Position numbers and translations under genes: made by a program. Shown piece by piece: positions 62,101 to 64,000 of a DNA stretch of 64,000 nucleotides. Each line of letters begins with the position of its first letter. Within the stretch, counting starts at the first letter, position 1. The notes beneath the pieces are model-generated. The model worked only from the letters and a program-made list of their open reading frames with translations, had not been told where the DNA came from and searched no databases. The stretch comes from Anthoceros angustus. Lineage: Eukaryota > Plantae > Anthocerotophyta. The DNA is taken from positions 496,001 through 560,000 of the forward strand of contig MU008175.1 of NCBI GenBank assembly GCA_010909165.1, read 5' to 3'.

Positions 62101-63820
62101 TGGTAGGAGAAACTCCTACCATGGTAGGAGAAGGAGGAAGAAGGAGGAGGCATCACTTTTCTTCAATTTCTGCAAGTACTAACCAAGGAGGCCATGACCA
62201 AGCCTACCATGACCAAGGGCAAGGAGGAGAAACTCCTACCATGGTAGGAGGTGTCCTACCATGGTAGGAGGTGTCCTACCACCGTAGGAGAAACTCCTAC
62301 CATGGTAGGAGGTGTCCTACCATGGTAGGAGGATGTCCTACCATGGTAGGAGGGTGGAAATTTGACATGCCCTTATTTACGCATGCAGGCCAGCTATCCT
62401 CTAGAGACCTTTCGGACTTTCGACCTTGGGCAGCAGAGAGAATATACAGAGGGGTGTATGGCGACATTGGTCTTACACCAACCTTGAATTGATAGAAGAG
62501 TGTTTTGCTAATTTGCAGCATTTGGAAGAGGAATTGGCCGCCTTACCGGATAGATCCTACCACCGTAGGAGAAACTCCTACCGTGGTAGGAGGTGTCCTA
62601 CCACCGTAGGAGAAACTCCTACCATGGTAGGAGGATAGCGGAATCACGTTGATGGAAGGAAGAAGGAGGCAAGCGTGCATCAACGGCGGATCTTCCCAAG
62701 GAGCCCTTACCCTTATGCAAGGGGCATGAAGGCTAAGTCTAAGAATGGTTGGCGGACGGACCAAATCTTGGAGCCCAAGTGGAGATTGTTCACAAGAATT
62801 GTTTTGGGCTTGGTGAGCAATCCAAGGGTGTCATATTTCAGCACTACCTTCCTCCATTTTCTATGGAAGATCACTCAAGGAGCGAAGCCGGATTGGGGCT
62901 CATCATGTATGAAGCATACACCTACCACCGTAGGAGAAACTCCTACCATGACCAAGGGCAAGGAGGAGGAGGAGAAAGGCCATGCTATCTTAGCACTTAT
63001 CTAGTGCATTTGTGGGAAGTAGAGGGCTACTCACAAGTAAGGAGTTGGATGATTCCAAGCATCCCTTTAACATTGTGTACTTACTGTGAGAGGGACAGGA
63101 GTGCTTGGTGCTTTGCGGCTAAAGGAGGTGCCGCAGCACCACAGGACATTATTCGGAAGGAACTCCTACCATGACCAAGGGCAAGGACCTTTGAGCTGTG
63201 AGCAAGGGCAAGGACCTTTGAGCTGTGAGCAAGGGCAAGGACCTTTGAGCTGTGAGCAAGAGGAGGAGGAGATGGAAGGTAGGATAGATCCTACCATGGC
63301 GAATCCCGCGAGGGTGGGAGGTGTTCCCACAGGGTTTGGGACCCCTTCTCCTACCATGACCAAGGGCAAGGAGGAGAAACTCCTACCATGACCAAGGGCA
63401 AGGAGGAGAAACTCCTACCATGGTAGGAGCACCTCCTACCACGGTAGGAGGAAAGGAAGTCACGGTTTGGAAGCTCCCAAGGAAGGAGGAGAGCAAGGGC
63501 AAGGACCTTTGAGCTGTGAGCAAGAGGAGAAACTCCTACCACGGTAGGAGGAGTTGCCCACCAAGTGATGAGCGGGAGCTCATCATAGGGAAGCAAGGGA
63601 TGTAAGATCCCATGAGCAAGGCAAAGGCCTTGAGTCTCCGGAGGTAAGAAGGAGACTTGGACATGTTGGAGGAGAGCAAGGGCAAGGACCTTTGAGCTGT
63701 GAGCAAGAGGAGGAGAAGGAGGAGGAAGAGGAGAGTTGAATTCTTGAAGACGGAGGCGGAAGACAAGGACCTACCAAGCAAGGGAAAAGAAGGAGGAGAA
63801 ACTCCTACCATGGTAGGAGG
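59180..63820. repeat. Dense arrays of the palindrome CTCCTACCATGGTAGGAG in ~21-bp units (GAAACTCCTACCATGGTAGGA and CGT/ACG-centred variants)
   Basis: Dozens of copies, in tandem at 59360-59905, 60115-60380, 60450-60725, 61010-61275 and 61580-61790. Sparser clusters at 49585-49815, 51810-52045, 53950-54010 and 55320-55405. Confidence 0.95.
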
Positions 63821-64000
63821 ATGTTATGAGGATGGAAGCTCAAGTGGAGCACTTGGAAAGAGTCTTGAAACAAGGCACAGGAGGCAAACAATCATATTCG
63901 GAGAACAAGGCTCTTACCAAGCAATTGGCAGCTCGAGAGGAGAAGGTGGAGCAACTTGCTCACATGGTGCGCATGGGAAAAGAAGGAAGACAAGCAAGTG

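Larger units (their letters stand above)
56878..64000 (+). mobile_element. Ty3/gypsy-like retroelement copy C (gag-like remnant ~58400-59330, integrase-upstream remnant 59930-60115, 3' region and extra ORF), running off the window
   Basis: AEAFVQTFEHV and LDWDDLRAYL are gag-like. YCLRDGVLYKLGLDEKIRRCLE matches copy A. VNGWKVKKY is integrase-tail-like. Colinear with copy B from ~60820. Confidence 0.75.

Noticed and set aside
59180-63820. Palindromic repeats as a CRISPR array
   Set aside because: Eukaryotic TE context, no unique equal-length spacers and no cas genes.

Overview
Eukaryotic land-plant nuclear DNA. Compact genes with ~80-110 bp GT-AG introns and PLS-class PPR repeats suggest a bryophyte or lycophyte, possibly a hornwort (inference). 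The left ~40 kb is genic. It holds a broken ParB/Srx-like ORF ending at a telomere-derived heptamer array, an intact 4-exon class III peroxidase (-), a PLS-E PPR pseudogene with nested tandem duplications, NUP160 (+), a lipin/PAH phosphatidate phosphatase (+), an ~9 kb microsatellite/G4-rich intergenic region, a GAMYB-type R2R3-MYB (+) with an altered miR159/319 site, and a convergent alpha/beta-hydrolase (-). The right ~23 kb is repeat and transposon territory. It holds a small C2H2 zinc-finger ORF, a minisatellite-disrupted ORF, several tandem repeats, and three partial copies (one inverted, two direct and apparently sharing one LTR) of a Ty3/gypsy-like element. That element retains gag- and integrase-like remnants plus a large extra ORF but shows no RT/RNase H. 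It is riddled with an 18-bp palindrome (CTCCTACCATGGTAGGAG), which may be real biology or an error-correction/assembly artefact. All family assignments come from motif recognition, not database searches.
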